In this document: positions 52,601 through 64,000 of the stretch, piece after piece
How the letters are laid out: each line of letters starts with the position of its first letter
Numbering within the stretch: the stretch's first letter is position 1
Assembly (NCBI GenBank): GCA_010405405.1
Contig: MU004243.1
Location: forward strand, 491,340 to 555,339
Direction: 5' to 3'
DNA: 64,000 bases
From: Microthyrium microscopicum
Lineage: Eukaryota
Program-made: the position numbers and the translations under genes
The notes under the pieces: model-generated
Seen by the model: the letters and a program-made list of their open reading frames with translations, nothing else
Told to the model about the DNA's origin: nothing
Databases searched by the model: none

Positions 52601-53820
52601 TCAACCAGACTTACTTGATGAGGCTGAACGAGCACAACTTCAAATTGATGAGAACTTAGAAGACTCTGGCTCTGACTCTGATGAAGACTCTGACACGGAC
52701 TCGGATGAAGATCCCACCCTGAATGGGTTCATTGTTGCAGATGATCAAGTTGAGTTTGAGGACGATGATGGCGAAGAACGCTCGGAACTCAACGACTTGC
52801 AAATGGGTGGTACCATTGACAACTTTGTCAACGGTCTAAACAAAAAATCCAAGCCCAAAAAGAGCAAGAAGAGCAAAAGCAAGGGTAAGAAGAAGAATTC
52901 TGCTCCTCTGGGGAAGAAGAGTCTTGCGGCGTTGAAGCATGAGGGTATGCGTAATGCTAAAGCACGTAAGAAGTACTTTAAGACTTTACGCAAGATCTAC
53001 AAACCTAGTGCCAAAATCACCAAGACCATTGAGATTGTCCAAGATTTGAAGGCGAACAAACCTCAAGAGAAGATTCTCATCTTCAGTCAGTTCACTTCTT
53101 TATTGGATCTCTTGGAAGTTGGTCTTGATCTAGAAGGCTTCAAGTTGGAACGCTATGATGGAACAATGTCGACTGAGCAACGTGCTGTCGCTGTTGAGAA
53201 GTTTCGCAAGGATCCAGCAATTCCGCTCATGCTTATTTCGCTAAAGGCTGGAAATGCTGGTTTGAATTTGAACTTTGCTTCTCAAATCGTCATGCTAGAG
53301 TAAGTCCCAAAGACCCATTCGATTCATGAGATCTTTGCTAACCACCAATAGTCCCTTCTGGAATCCTTATGTCGAACTTCAAGCTCACGGTCGTGCTCAT
53401 CGTATTGGCCAGCGTCTTCCTGTACAGGTCCACCGTGTCGTCGTTCCGGGAACGGTAGAGGATCGAATTCTCGCCCTTCAGGCGCAAAAGAAGCAGACTA
53501 TCGACCAAGCGCTTGACGAAGGCGCAGGAAAGAGCATCGGACGACTTGGCACTCGAGAACTTGCGTACCTCTTCGGTCTTGATCAACAGGGTCGCGTAAT
53601 GCCTCAAAACTCTTCTTCTCGCGCTTTGCCTTCAACTACGGTAGCTGGACCTTCCAACTCTCGAGCTCTTCCACCGACTGCACAACCAGCTCGCGCTGCA
53701 GCGCCAAATGGAAATCCATTCGGATCCAGCGCGTCAGGCAGTATTGTCCCACGAGCATATGGAAACATTCGAGACTCAAATTCTCGCGCTTCCTCTTCCT
53801 CCACTATGAGCTTTGAATAG
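49656..53820 (+). CDS. SNF2-family ATPase with RING finger (Uls1/Ris1/Rrp-like)
   Basis: [39 protein letters not shown]...CGHWTCGDC...CPVC, and FSQFT. Intron 53300..53351 gives MLDPFWNP. Confidence 0.92.
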
Positions 53821-56800
53821 GCTCCATGCGCACTAAACCACGACCTTGAAACATACCTATCACGAGGTCTTTATATGGCCTCCACCGGGGTATACACGGT
53901 CGATCTTGCACAATACACCACATACCTATTCCTCTTCACCAAAAACTTTATTTCCTTTAACGGCCTATAGATGATTTTTACAACAGGAGTAAGCGCTCAG
54001 GCGCGATCAGGGGCGGTTATGCGGTTCTTAACGACACACAATATTCCCTTTGTCAACTTTTTATACCCTGGTGCTATGGATTCATTGGGTGGGAGGCAGC
54101 AATTGTGTATTATCAATCACTCGGGCGTTTCCTTACCAGAGGGCGCATGGCATGTCTGTCTAGAGGGCGTGTTTGTTCAGAGGGAGCATGACGGAGGTTG
54201 GCATACCATTACAATACCTTGTAGTTTTCGAGTTTTCTTCATCTGCATTCTGAGATCAAATGTTTGTTCTTTTGACAGATAGAGATGCTGTTTGAGGGTG
54301 CATGGTATGCTGTGTAGATTGAGGGCGGGTTAAAATATACTTACGCAATATATGTTTATTTGTAATTTTGTTGAAGATTGTTGATTCTGGGTGCTGCTGT
54401 GAACGGGTTTTCTGGGCACAACTGGTTATCTTGGGTCGAATGGTCTCAGATAGGCCGATAATTAGGCTGGGCGAATATGGGCTGTTTCCTCCATAAGGCT
54501 GAAGATGAAGCAGAGACTAATGCGCCGTCATAGAAATAGACTCGCGCGCATGCAAAAGGTGCGAGTATTCTAGTCCTTCAAAGTGTTTCTCGACCAGAGT
54601 TATGAAGTCATCAGAAATGCGATCACATATGAAATATTGCCTGCCACAGATCAACGAAACATTCTGTATCCGGTTGTTTCTGAACGGTTTGAACTTGCTG
54701 GCATCTGTGACATCAAACAGGACAAAAATACAAAAGCGCCGGACAGAATAGTTTTTTTTCCTGTTTCTCAGAGGCCGCGGTATATGTTGTTGTCGCATCC
54801 AGAAGGGAACTGGGAGGCGCATTGAACTGTGAGATTCGCAGCAATATTTACGAACAGGAAGTATTTTGATGGTTCAGGCCCAAAGGGCGAAGTACATGAA
54901 GGAGAGATAAAAAAAGACGACGGAGATACGGGACCCCAAAAAGACCGACGTTGTTTAAGGCAGGCCTAGAACCCTTGTTCCTGAATTTGTCGGATGTCCG
55001 TGCAGGAGACGTTTCCCATCTTTTCTCCATCCCTCCCGTAGTTTTTTTCTCAGCCTCCAGCGTTCGCGAAAATGCGATGTCGATGCGCCAGATTCTCAAA
55101 GAGACGTCATAGATAATGTTTCTACAAAACTGAGCCGTGTTTTGTGCAGTTGTTGAACGGCGGTGGTTGAGAAGATGCTGAAGATCTCAATACTCCGTAA
55201 CGGTTAGCGTATTTTATGCTCATCTTTCTACGAAAATAGCCTTGCAATGGTCAATCTTGCGCTCAGCCATGCGCGATCTTCATCTTGCATCGGCTGCTCT
55301 TGACTGACAGTTAGTTAGCACCGGCTTTGGCTGCGTTCCGTTGCTTCAATGCTTGAATTCGCATCGAGCCATTTTAGATTATCGGACCTTGGACGCACCA
55401 AAACATCGTTCATCTTGGCATCGTAAGATCATTCATCATCGTGTACTGGAATGGCTGTGAAGTAAATGTCCGTGGATCCCACGATGCCCAGTGGGCTAGT
55501 ATGCCGTGAAGCATAGGATAATTGGCTGGCGGGTCTATACATCACCTGTTGAAGTACATGGGTTACGCAAGCTGTGTAGCCGTGAGATGGGAATTATAGG
55601 ATGTATTCCATCCACCTAGCTGTGTCACCATCGCAGCAGACTTGAACGTGGAGAAAATGGTGTCTTGTAAGTTCACCGCTGGCAATTGGCAAATATCAAA
55701 GTAAGACTCTGTTGGTTGACAATTCAACAACCCAAGAACAATCAAGCTTTTTCCTATCATCATACAAAACCACACATGGTATAACATTCACACTTTCGAG
55801 AGACAACTTGACTTTGGCCAAGTAAAGAACCGCATATGATGTTCCCGAACATGTCATAAAGTTTGCATGGCCAAGAAGTCGACGCGCGTACCCTCTTGTG
55901 TCTCTTCTTGCCTCGAATACGTCCCCTGAAGTTGCTCGCAGCTCAAACATGTTGCGTTTCCCCCACATCAGAACATCTCGATAAGGTTTAGAGACTACAT
56001 CAAGCATCCAATTGTGTGAAGTTTTATCATCTGTGAGTTAACAGTCGACGAATCAACCTTGGCCAAAATATGCGAATCCGTCATAGTTGTATGAGTGAAT
56101 ACTTTACTAACACTCCAAATCCTCATGATCCTATCACGGATTCTTCAATAATGCTGCTCCACAAAGCCGAGACAGCTCTCAGTTGCTAGCGATCTTCGGG
56201 AGTCCTGAAAACCACAAGCGGTAGAAGCGGTGGATAAGTGAAGGTGAGCATCAGCTTACTGGTACACAACTGTAACAAGATTCGGCACCTTGTACAAGTA
56301 CATGTCAACCCCAACAAGTCCAGAACCGAGTGCTGGGTAAGAGCGATAACAACGCAGAAGTGCTGACGACTACGAAAAGTATTGTGAAAAGGCCAAGAAT
56401 GAATCTGGGGAGTTGATAGGCTTTATTTTATGCTTCCTGCAAGACCCTTGATGCCAGAGGTGTTGAGGAATGAGTGGGACTTGTAGAACATGGAACTGAA
56501 GCATGCACGATATGCAAGGTGGAGACGGTAAAGTTTAAGTTGAACACAAGTTTTGGAACACAATCTCCATGGTCTGAAGGACAACGCTTGGATCATCCTT
56601 ACAGCCATTCTCCGTTCTTTACTGGTGCTTTGCAAGTTAGTAGTTCCATTAGGTAGGCGTCCAGCAAACAATTGGTGTTCCGGACGGAGGGAGGACGAGG
56701 AGACCCGCAAGACCCCGTCGTTGTGTGAAAATCCCCGTAATGATGGTCAAAATTGGCCCTGCTTCAGCCTCCCACAGCAGATCCACTCAAGGTCAAGGCG

Positions 56801-56975
56801 TTGATAATGTCAGCACCAGCCCTCGTCCTTGCTTCTTAGGCCATTTTGGTATTTACCGGCGCATACATACCTTATATTCCGCTTGTGTATCCCATTACTC
56901 TTACTACTTTTTTCACGTTGTGGTTTTTGTATGAGTATTGTTTTCCCATAGTTGTTCAAACATAACATCACGACT

Positions 56976-58600
56976 ATGAGAAGTTCAATCATTGGTAGCC
57001 TGCTTGGGCTAGGTATGTTTACAATAGTTTTGTGTAATGATATTGAATTGCTGTATACTTACGATCGGTTATAGGCTCGACAGCATATGCTGCTTCAGCA
57101 ATCAATCAACAATGTCAAGGAGACATTTGTTATAGTATGAACATTCCGGACTCAAGCACATCAAGTACTGGAACAATATATTTCCAAATATCTGGACCAA
57201 CATCGTACTCATGGATTGGAATGGGAGTCAACAACAATCAAATGGCTGGAGCAAACATATTCACAGTATATCAAGCAGCGAATGGACAAAATGTTACTCT
57301 TTCTCCTCGTAAGGGATCTGGTCATGTCATGCCCAGCCCAGACAACAGCCTTCAAGCAACACTAATGGACGGCTCTGGTGTATCAAATGGTAAAATGATT
57401 GCAAACATCAAGTGTAAGCTCCCGATCCTACTAACGAGTACTTTCAAAGACGATCGAACTAATTCTTCTAGGCGGTTCATGCACGATAGCAAATACAAAG
57501 TTCATCTTTGCTGCAAATTCCGGCTCTGCCATCAAATCCGACAGTGCCTCCGCGACCATCTCCCAGCATCAAAACACCTATGGCACTCTCAGCTTCGACA
57601 CAGCTGCTGCAAAGGGTGGCAGTGACACCAACCCATTCTCCTCGACCACCAGCGGCTCTGGCTCATCAGGTACTGGCACTTCCGCCGGCGCTGGTTCTAC
57701 TGCTACTGCTTGCGTTGGTAACTCCGGCAGCGGCAGCGGTAGTGGCAGTGGCAGTGGCACTGGATCACCTAGTTCTACCTCTTCTGGTAATCCCTTCTTC
57801 GGAGGCTCTCGACCAACAGGCTTTCCCTTTGGATCTGGCAACAAACACCGCCGAGCAACTACCAGTGACTGCAACAATTCTGGCCCTGCTCTCAGCCAAA
57901 ACGGCTATGCAGAGAAGTTACAAATGAAGACCATGGCCCACGGCATCATGGCCGGCCTCTGCTTCGCCATCCTCTTCCCATTCGGCGCAATCTCCATCCG
58001 CCTCTTCAGTTTCCCCGGCCTAGTCTGGTTCCACGCCGGCATCCAAATCATCACCCAGATAATCTTCATCGCCGCCTTCGCTCTCGGCGTCTCCCTCGCA
58101 AAAGAACTCCAACTCGTAAGAAACCCCCACAAACCTCCTTTCTCCCAATACAAAACTGACATTAGCAGACGAGCTCCTACCACCCCATAATCGGCATAGT
58201 AGTCTTCGTCCTCCTCCTAATCCAGCCCATGCTAGGCATGGCCCACCACCGCGCCTTCAAGCGCGTCGGCAGCCGCACCGCCGTTTCCCACGGCCACATC
58301 TGGCTCGGACGCATCATCATCGTGCTCGGCATCATCAACGGCGGTCTCGGCTTCCTTCTCGCCAACAATGCGCCCAACGGCCAAATCGCCTATGCTGTCG
58401 TCGCCGCAATCTTCTTTGCTGGCTATGTTGGCGCTACGATTATCGGTGAGAGACGTCGGGCTCGCAGTTTGCCGCCAAAGTATGAGGAGAGCCCGAGGGG
58501 TAGTGGGACTGCGAGTCCTAGGGATGTGTATGCGCATCAGACGCAGCATCCTATTCCACCGCTGCCGCAAAACTATGAGATGACGAGGCGGGAGTCTTAA
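56976..58600 (+). CDS. Membrane protein with a secreted DOMON/CDH-type cytochrome domain and a cytochrome b561 TM domain
   Basis: Signal peptide. Introns 57013..57074, 57414..57471 and 58116..58168. TLSPRKGSGHVMP (Met ligand) and SQH (His ligand), G/S linker, and b561 histidines AHG, FHAG, YHP and GHIWLGR. Confidence 0.88.
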
Positions 58601-59224
58601 GTGGTAAGGTGTGTAAGACATATAAGGGTAATTTAGATTGTTGACATTGCGGTTTGCTTTGGAGTCTAATGAATTTGGCTTTAATAGGAATGATTCGCAA
58701 ATATACCATAGCACATTTTACAGGAACTTATGAACGAATCAGACTCACGTTCGCTTTTTGGGACGAGTTGTACTAGCATCGCATTGGAGCTTTGAGTTTT
58801 GGTTGTAGATAGACAATGGGCTTGGTCCCGTATTAGTATTGCTTAAATCAACACATGAACTGCATACCTATGATTTAGTCTACGTCGACCTTTTGGGAGA
58901 GAATGGACAACTGCATACAAAGAGAGTCAAAGTTGATAGTCACCAATATGATGACTTGTAAGGCTAGCACCAGAGGGACGAGCTTCATACACATAACAGT
59001 TCATTAGTATACAGATATCTACACATACTTTGAGGCTGGCATTCTCAACATGTATAATTACAAGTCTCTTGCAACCGACGGCCAAGTCTAGATCAATACT
59101 CTCATCGATAAATAACCACGTACCATCGAATCAAGTCCATTTCATCGTCTATGAGATGTAAGTTAGTTCATAGCTACATCAAAGTACTCATACGTATTGA
59201 CTTACCTGCTGGAGAAGGCAATAC

Positions 59225-60522
59225 CTAGCGTCTGAACCACAATTCTGACGATGCTTTGGGCTTTTCCTGTGAGGGCAGTCGGTCCATTATCTTTCGAGTA
59301 CCCTCCACGGAAGAGTCGTCACCATCAGAATCAAAGACCTCCCCAGACTCAGATCCTGGCTCACGTTTGACTTTGACTCCTCGCTCAGGCTGGGCTTGGA
59401 TGCTCTCCACGTGTTGGACTTGGATACTTTCCTCACGTTGAACTTGGATGTGTTCTTCACATTGGACTTGTACATCTTCCTCACGCTGAACTTGGACATC
59501 TTCTTCACGCTGAACTTGGACATCTTCCTCAACGTTGATCTCAGCTAGTTTCTGGCGCTTGCTGAGTGGCTCGACGCCAATGGGCGCGGGAGTTGTAGAG
59601 GTATTGGTCGGAGTAGAGGTGATCAAACGCTGTCGAGTGAGCTCTGCTTCTGCAGCGTCGGCTGCTGCTAATGCCACGCTGGCCTTTGCCTGCGCCAGGT
59701 TCTGTTTTTCTCGTGCTTCTGCTGCTGCATTACGGAGGGTTGGAGCTGACAGCATTGCAGTTGCCATCGCAGAAGCTTCCTGTATGGCATTTTTTACTTC
59801 AGACTCTGCCATACAAGCTAATTGTCGATATCTCGCTGCGATCTGTTCAGCTGGTGTTTGAGCGGCTGCATCTACTTGAGGAGTAGGAGGAGTCGAGGCT
59901 GATTGGGACGCTTCCAGTGATCGCTTCTGCCCGAACTGTATTGAACGCGCTGTTGGGGCTTTTCTGCTCGGCGGATTCGCTGCAACTCGTTCTGGCGGCG
60001 CTACTCTCGTGGCGTACACATAAATTGCTTTCGCCAGGGAAGCTGATGTGTATCTATTGTGCAGTTCTCGGCCCTGCAAACCTCCTTCTTGTAAGCCAGC
60101 TTGAAGTCTGGTCTGCGAGCGGTTCCCAATTCCATTGGCGAGGGCTACATTTCTAGCGACCTTTTCCCAAAGATTCGGCTTTGTTGGATCCATTAGTTCA
60201 ATTGGATGAATGCAAGGTAACATATGCTTACTTTACTTTTGCAAGGTCTGATATCAGCACATAGTTTCAGGCCTTTGTAAGAGCAGTTATTGAGAGCATG
60301 ATGGGCAACGCTTGCCGCACTGGCGTGCGCAAAATGGACTTCGCAATATTGACGTATGTTGGCCCAGTAAAGTCGTATAGGCGCCAAGTTTTTGCTTCTC
60401 AGAAATGATATCAGTTCAGCATCGGAACAAGGGACATTGATGTTGGCAAGCCAGACAACTCTTCTGGCCTTTCTTTCTCTCTTGTGGAATTCTTCCCTGG
60501 CTTGATCGACTGTGACAGGCAT
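59225..60522 (-). CDS. Hypothetical protein with RRM-like N-terminus, Ala-rich coiled coil and acidic octapeptide repeats
   Basis: Intron 60179..60231 (GTAAGC...ACTAAT...AAG) joins the RRM-like exon (VVWLANINV, YCEVHF) in frame to ORF 59225..60223. Confidence 0.6.
59395..59535 (-). repeat. Coding 24-bp minisatellite (EEDVQVQR-type units, about six copies, degenerating 3')
   Basis: EEDVQVQR EEDVQVQR EEDVQVQC EEHIQVQR EESIQVQH VESIQAQP. Confidence 0.85.
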
Positions 60523-61162
60523 TGTTGACTGTACTGTCGCCTGCTGAGGAGATGAATGTCTTTTGAGAAACTGATCCTTGTAGTCGCGAATTAGAGCAAT
60601 GGAGGAGTAGACAGTTGTCCAGGAGTTGGGAAAACATAACATGATAGATCTGAAGGTAAGGCGCCTTCAGTACCTTTGCTGGAAGGAGCATTCATGACTT
60701 TCTGCCCATTTGAGCAGGAGCCCACCGCGGCGGACATGGGAAGGAACGTTCATACAAGACTGTGGAGGACCCCTCAAGTTCGACTAAATTGAGGTGGACT
60801 CTGTATACGAAGTGAGCTCGTAGCGTACTATAAATGAGTGTCTTCAATTTACCCGCACGCTGACCTTCGTCGTCAGTCCATCTCTCTCGCCAAGTACCCA
60901 CCAGGTAGATCCAGACCTATCTTTGCTCAACATTGAAGGTGAAGATGAAGCAACCTCAGCCTAGAGTGTCCACTTATGATGTCAAGTTAGTCCTGCTATC
61001 CTGCTACCTGGAGTAGGTAGCCGTAGCCATCAATCCTCAAGACAGTTCAAGTAAAGCAACTTTTCATTCAAGGGTATCAAAAACAACCCAGCGCCCAATG
61101 CACATGCAAAAAACACAAGAACATTCCAACAACATTACTGCGTCCCTTTCTCCCAACTTCAT

Positions 61163-62979
61163 TTATGGTTCTCCAGCAGACAACATCAACCGCTCCAATT
61201 CGTCAGGCGTCAACGTGCTCTTCCTTCTCCGCGGCCGCCCCTTCACACCTGTCTTCCGCACTTTCTTTGCAGCAATTGAGTCTTCCGCTTTCACCCTGGC
61301 TCCTGCCTCTGTGTTCTCCCGACTTGCGTTCTCACGGCTCGACGGCCTAGTCTCACGACTTGATGGCCGTGATAGATCCTCTGCCCGCAGCACTCCACGC
61401 GCTACTGCCGCTGCTTCTGCTTCCGCGGCAGCGACGTTTAGTTTCTCTTGGACGGTGAGTTTTGGTGCACGCTCGTCGGGGTGTGGTTCTGGTGAGGATG
61501 ATCGTTTGCGTGGTGAGGGCGATATGTAGAGATATACGTCTGATGCGGATGGTAATCTGGCGGACGGTGGGAGAGCTGTAGTGGAGAGTTGTGATTTTGA
61601 GGAGCGAGTGGAGACTGTGCGTTCAGAACTCGAATTTGAGTCTGGGATTGCTTCGTGCTGCTGGAAGGCGACTTTCTTTGGTGATCGAGCGGTTGCGTAT
61701 TTGCGTTCAGCTTTTGGTGCTGGTGAAGGGCTAGGTGGCGCAACGAGCGAGGTGTCTAGGTCGTCGAGTTGACTGGGCTCCGAGTCTGAATCGCCGGTGT
61801 CTGTGAGTGCCACGATGCTGTCTTCTAGGATGCCGTGCTGCATGTTCATTTCTTTGCCGAGACCGAGTACGCGCTTGATCTCGTCGAGGTTGATGGTTTG
61901 GTCGCCGTTTAGGACGCGGTCACGCCAGGTGTCCATCATGAGAATTGTTTCGCGCCATTTGAGCTCCATGTGGTCCCAACCGGTACGCAGCTTGTGAATC
62001 TCTTCTTCACGGATAGCGACTTCTTCAATTGGAACGAAGTTGGGGTTGGTGAGGATGTTGCGGAGGTTGTTAAGGACCATGTCCATGTCTTTGCCAAGGA
62101 CATCGAAGGAGATGACGGGCGGATTTATAGAGTTGCCCATTTGGCTATCTTCTTCTGTTATGGCATCGGGGACTGATTGAAGGCGTTCGGCGTTTTCAGG
62201 GAGACCTTGGAGCTCTTTGAGAGTAAGAAGTGTGCTTTGAACAAGGCTGATGAGATTGTCGTTTTCGTCGCTTAAGCTTTGGCTGAGCTGGGTTAAGAAC
62301 TCTGTGGTCTCTTGATTCAGACTATATGCCGGATCGTGAACAGCCATAGCATCTTGGCTTTTGGAGTTCTCGCTCTTGACACCTGTAACACCTGGCTGAA
62401 TCACGATAGCCATCCCCTGCGCTGAGCGGTTGCCACGCTGTTGTGTTGTCAAATGTGATTTGAGCTTCTGAATTTGCAAATCGCGTTTCCTTACATCGTT
62501 TGCGCATGCTGCACGTATCTGACCCACAGTAGTTTTCAGTTTCGCCAGCTCATCCCGAAGAGCGCGAGCCGAAGCTTCGGCAGTCTTTGCAGCACGGGCG
62601 GCGGCCCGTTCTTGTGTTTGACATTGAACGAGTTGACGGTTCAAATCGTCAACTTTGATCTGGAGGCGGTCGATAGAGGTAATGTTCGAGGTCGATTCGG
62701 TACGAAGGGTTCGGATGGTCTGCGCGAGGGTTTCTCGCTGTTCCTGTTCTCGCTACAACTTGTCAGCCACGCCCGACCTGATGATCATATGAAACTGACA
62801 TCTCGCCTTAGTATCATGTCATGAACGAGGTTGATGATTTCAGCCAGTGTTTGTTCTGTCCCCCCTTCCGCCTTATGAGGTCGAGCAAATTGGATTTGTT
62901 TCCCATTTCGAAGCAAGCCGCGTGCAAGTAAAAGGTTGTTGAGGTAGGTTGACGCGGTTTTCAAATTGACTGTGTCCAT
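61163..62979 (-). CDS. tinA: Afadin/alpha-actinin-binding (ADIP/Msd1/TinA-like) spindle pole body coiled-coil protein
   Basis: MDTVNLKTASTYLNNLLLARGLLRNG start. Intron 62753..62799 gives 589 aa. CANDVRKRD, LSQSLSDENDNL, LTNPNFVPIEEV and terminal RRRKSTLTPDELE. Confidence 0.8.
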
Positions 62980-64000
62980 AGTAATAGCGATGGCACTCTT
63001 ATAGGAAGTGCTTGTCGTCAGCCGAAGATGGATCCTTAATAGGTGGGGTTGATGCTGGAGTACAATGCAGTCAACTGGTTGCTTGGACGTGAGCGTGATT
63101 TTTGATTTGTTTACAAAAAGCGTTGCTGGGGAGTGGTACAGTTTGAGGACTAGCGCCGCGATTGATAAGATTTGATGGAGAACGCGTTTCGCGCGTGGCC
63201 TTAGCGTGGCATGAAGAGCGCCACAACGCTAAGAAACGCCAACGATCTAGCGCTTCCTCGATTTCACATCTTCATCCAACTTCAACTCATAATACGTTTT
63301 GATGCTGCCAACCCCGAAAGCAATTGGACTCTTACTGACAGATTGAGTACGATGTCATCTAGAGGCGTCAATAAAAGGATTCAGGATGAAAGATTTGACA
63401 CCACCCTTCAACTTCAGTTGTCGAACCATCGCGAAACTACGCTCACCACTCTGATGGCAAAGATACCTAGTTGAGACTGACTTAGCCTTCGTTACTCATT
63501 TGCAAACAACTTTAACCACTTTATCCCGTAGCATGAACATCTAGGAGGCTACAATTATCCATATCGCTGTCCTATACTCCGACATCCATCATCTACATAC
63601 ACATACACCTACTATCTTTGGCAGCGAACGCGAGAAATGTTGCCAAGTATGCAGGTCAATTTGCAACCTATTCCACTTATTAGACACCAGGCAAGCCAGG
63701 CCTAGAAGCTCATCGCCACGGACAAATGAAACCCCGCATATAGCCCATTCACCGCATGCCCGGTCGAGGTCATACTCGTTAGCGCCACTCTATTCCAAAC
63801 AACGCCCGCCTACCCAGATTCTGGTCAGAAAACGTGCCAGCCATGGCCTACCCGGTTCGGAACATAGTCTTAAAGTTCCCTTGTCCCTTCCTTAAACCAA
63901 GTTCCTATCCAATATAGTTTGCTTGGCACACACCCGCGTATTGTCGAATTGTCGCACATTCAATGCAATATGATGAGAAGACATCGGAGCCAGGTTCAAA

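Noticed and set aside
57724..57765. GGCAGY hexamer microsatellite
   Set aside because: It simply encodes the Gly-Ser linker of the DOMON-b561 protein.
59395..59535. EEDVQVQR repeats as the RiPP precursor for the DUF3328 enzyme
   Set aside because: No signal peptide, no KR/RR sites between repeats, embedded in an RRM-like protein, and 35 kb from the DUF3328 gene.

Overview
Gene-dense eukaryotic window from a filamentous ascomycete (Pezizomycotina), judged by short GT-AG introns (mostly 46-63 nt) with CTAAC/CTGAC branch points and by fungal-specific gene families. About 23 protein genes can be supported: two SNF2 helicases, a CE12 esterase, an IMPACT-like protein, an MFS exporter, three orphan ORFs (one with an atypical internal Zn2Cys6-like cluster), a head-to-head class VII/class V chitin synthase pair, a DUF3328/UstYa oxidase, a 2OG-Fe(II) oxygenase, FRG1, a GH10 xylanase, an alpha-arrestin, a multi-exon putative GPI protein, an SDR, an Ark1/Prk1 kinase, a group III HAMP histidine kinase (Nik1/Os-1), a DOMON/cytochrome b561 protein, an RRM-repeat orphan and TinA/Msd1. 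The standout observation is that the class V (CsmA/ChsV-type) chitin synthase sits at its conserved locus with intact catalytic motifs but completely lacks the roughly 750-aa myosin motor domain. Its class VII partner has only the degenerate motor-like domain without a P-loop. No tRNA, rRNA, CRISPR array or intact transposon could be supported. All family assignments come from motif recognition by eye, not database searches.
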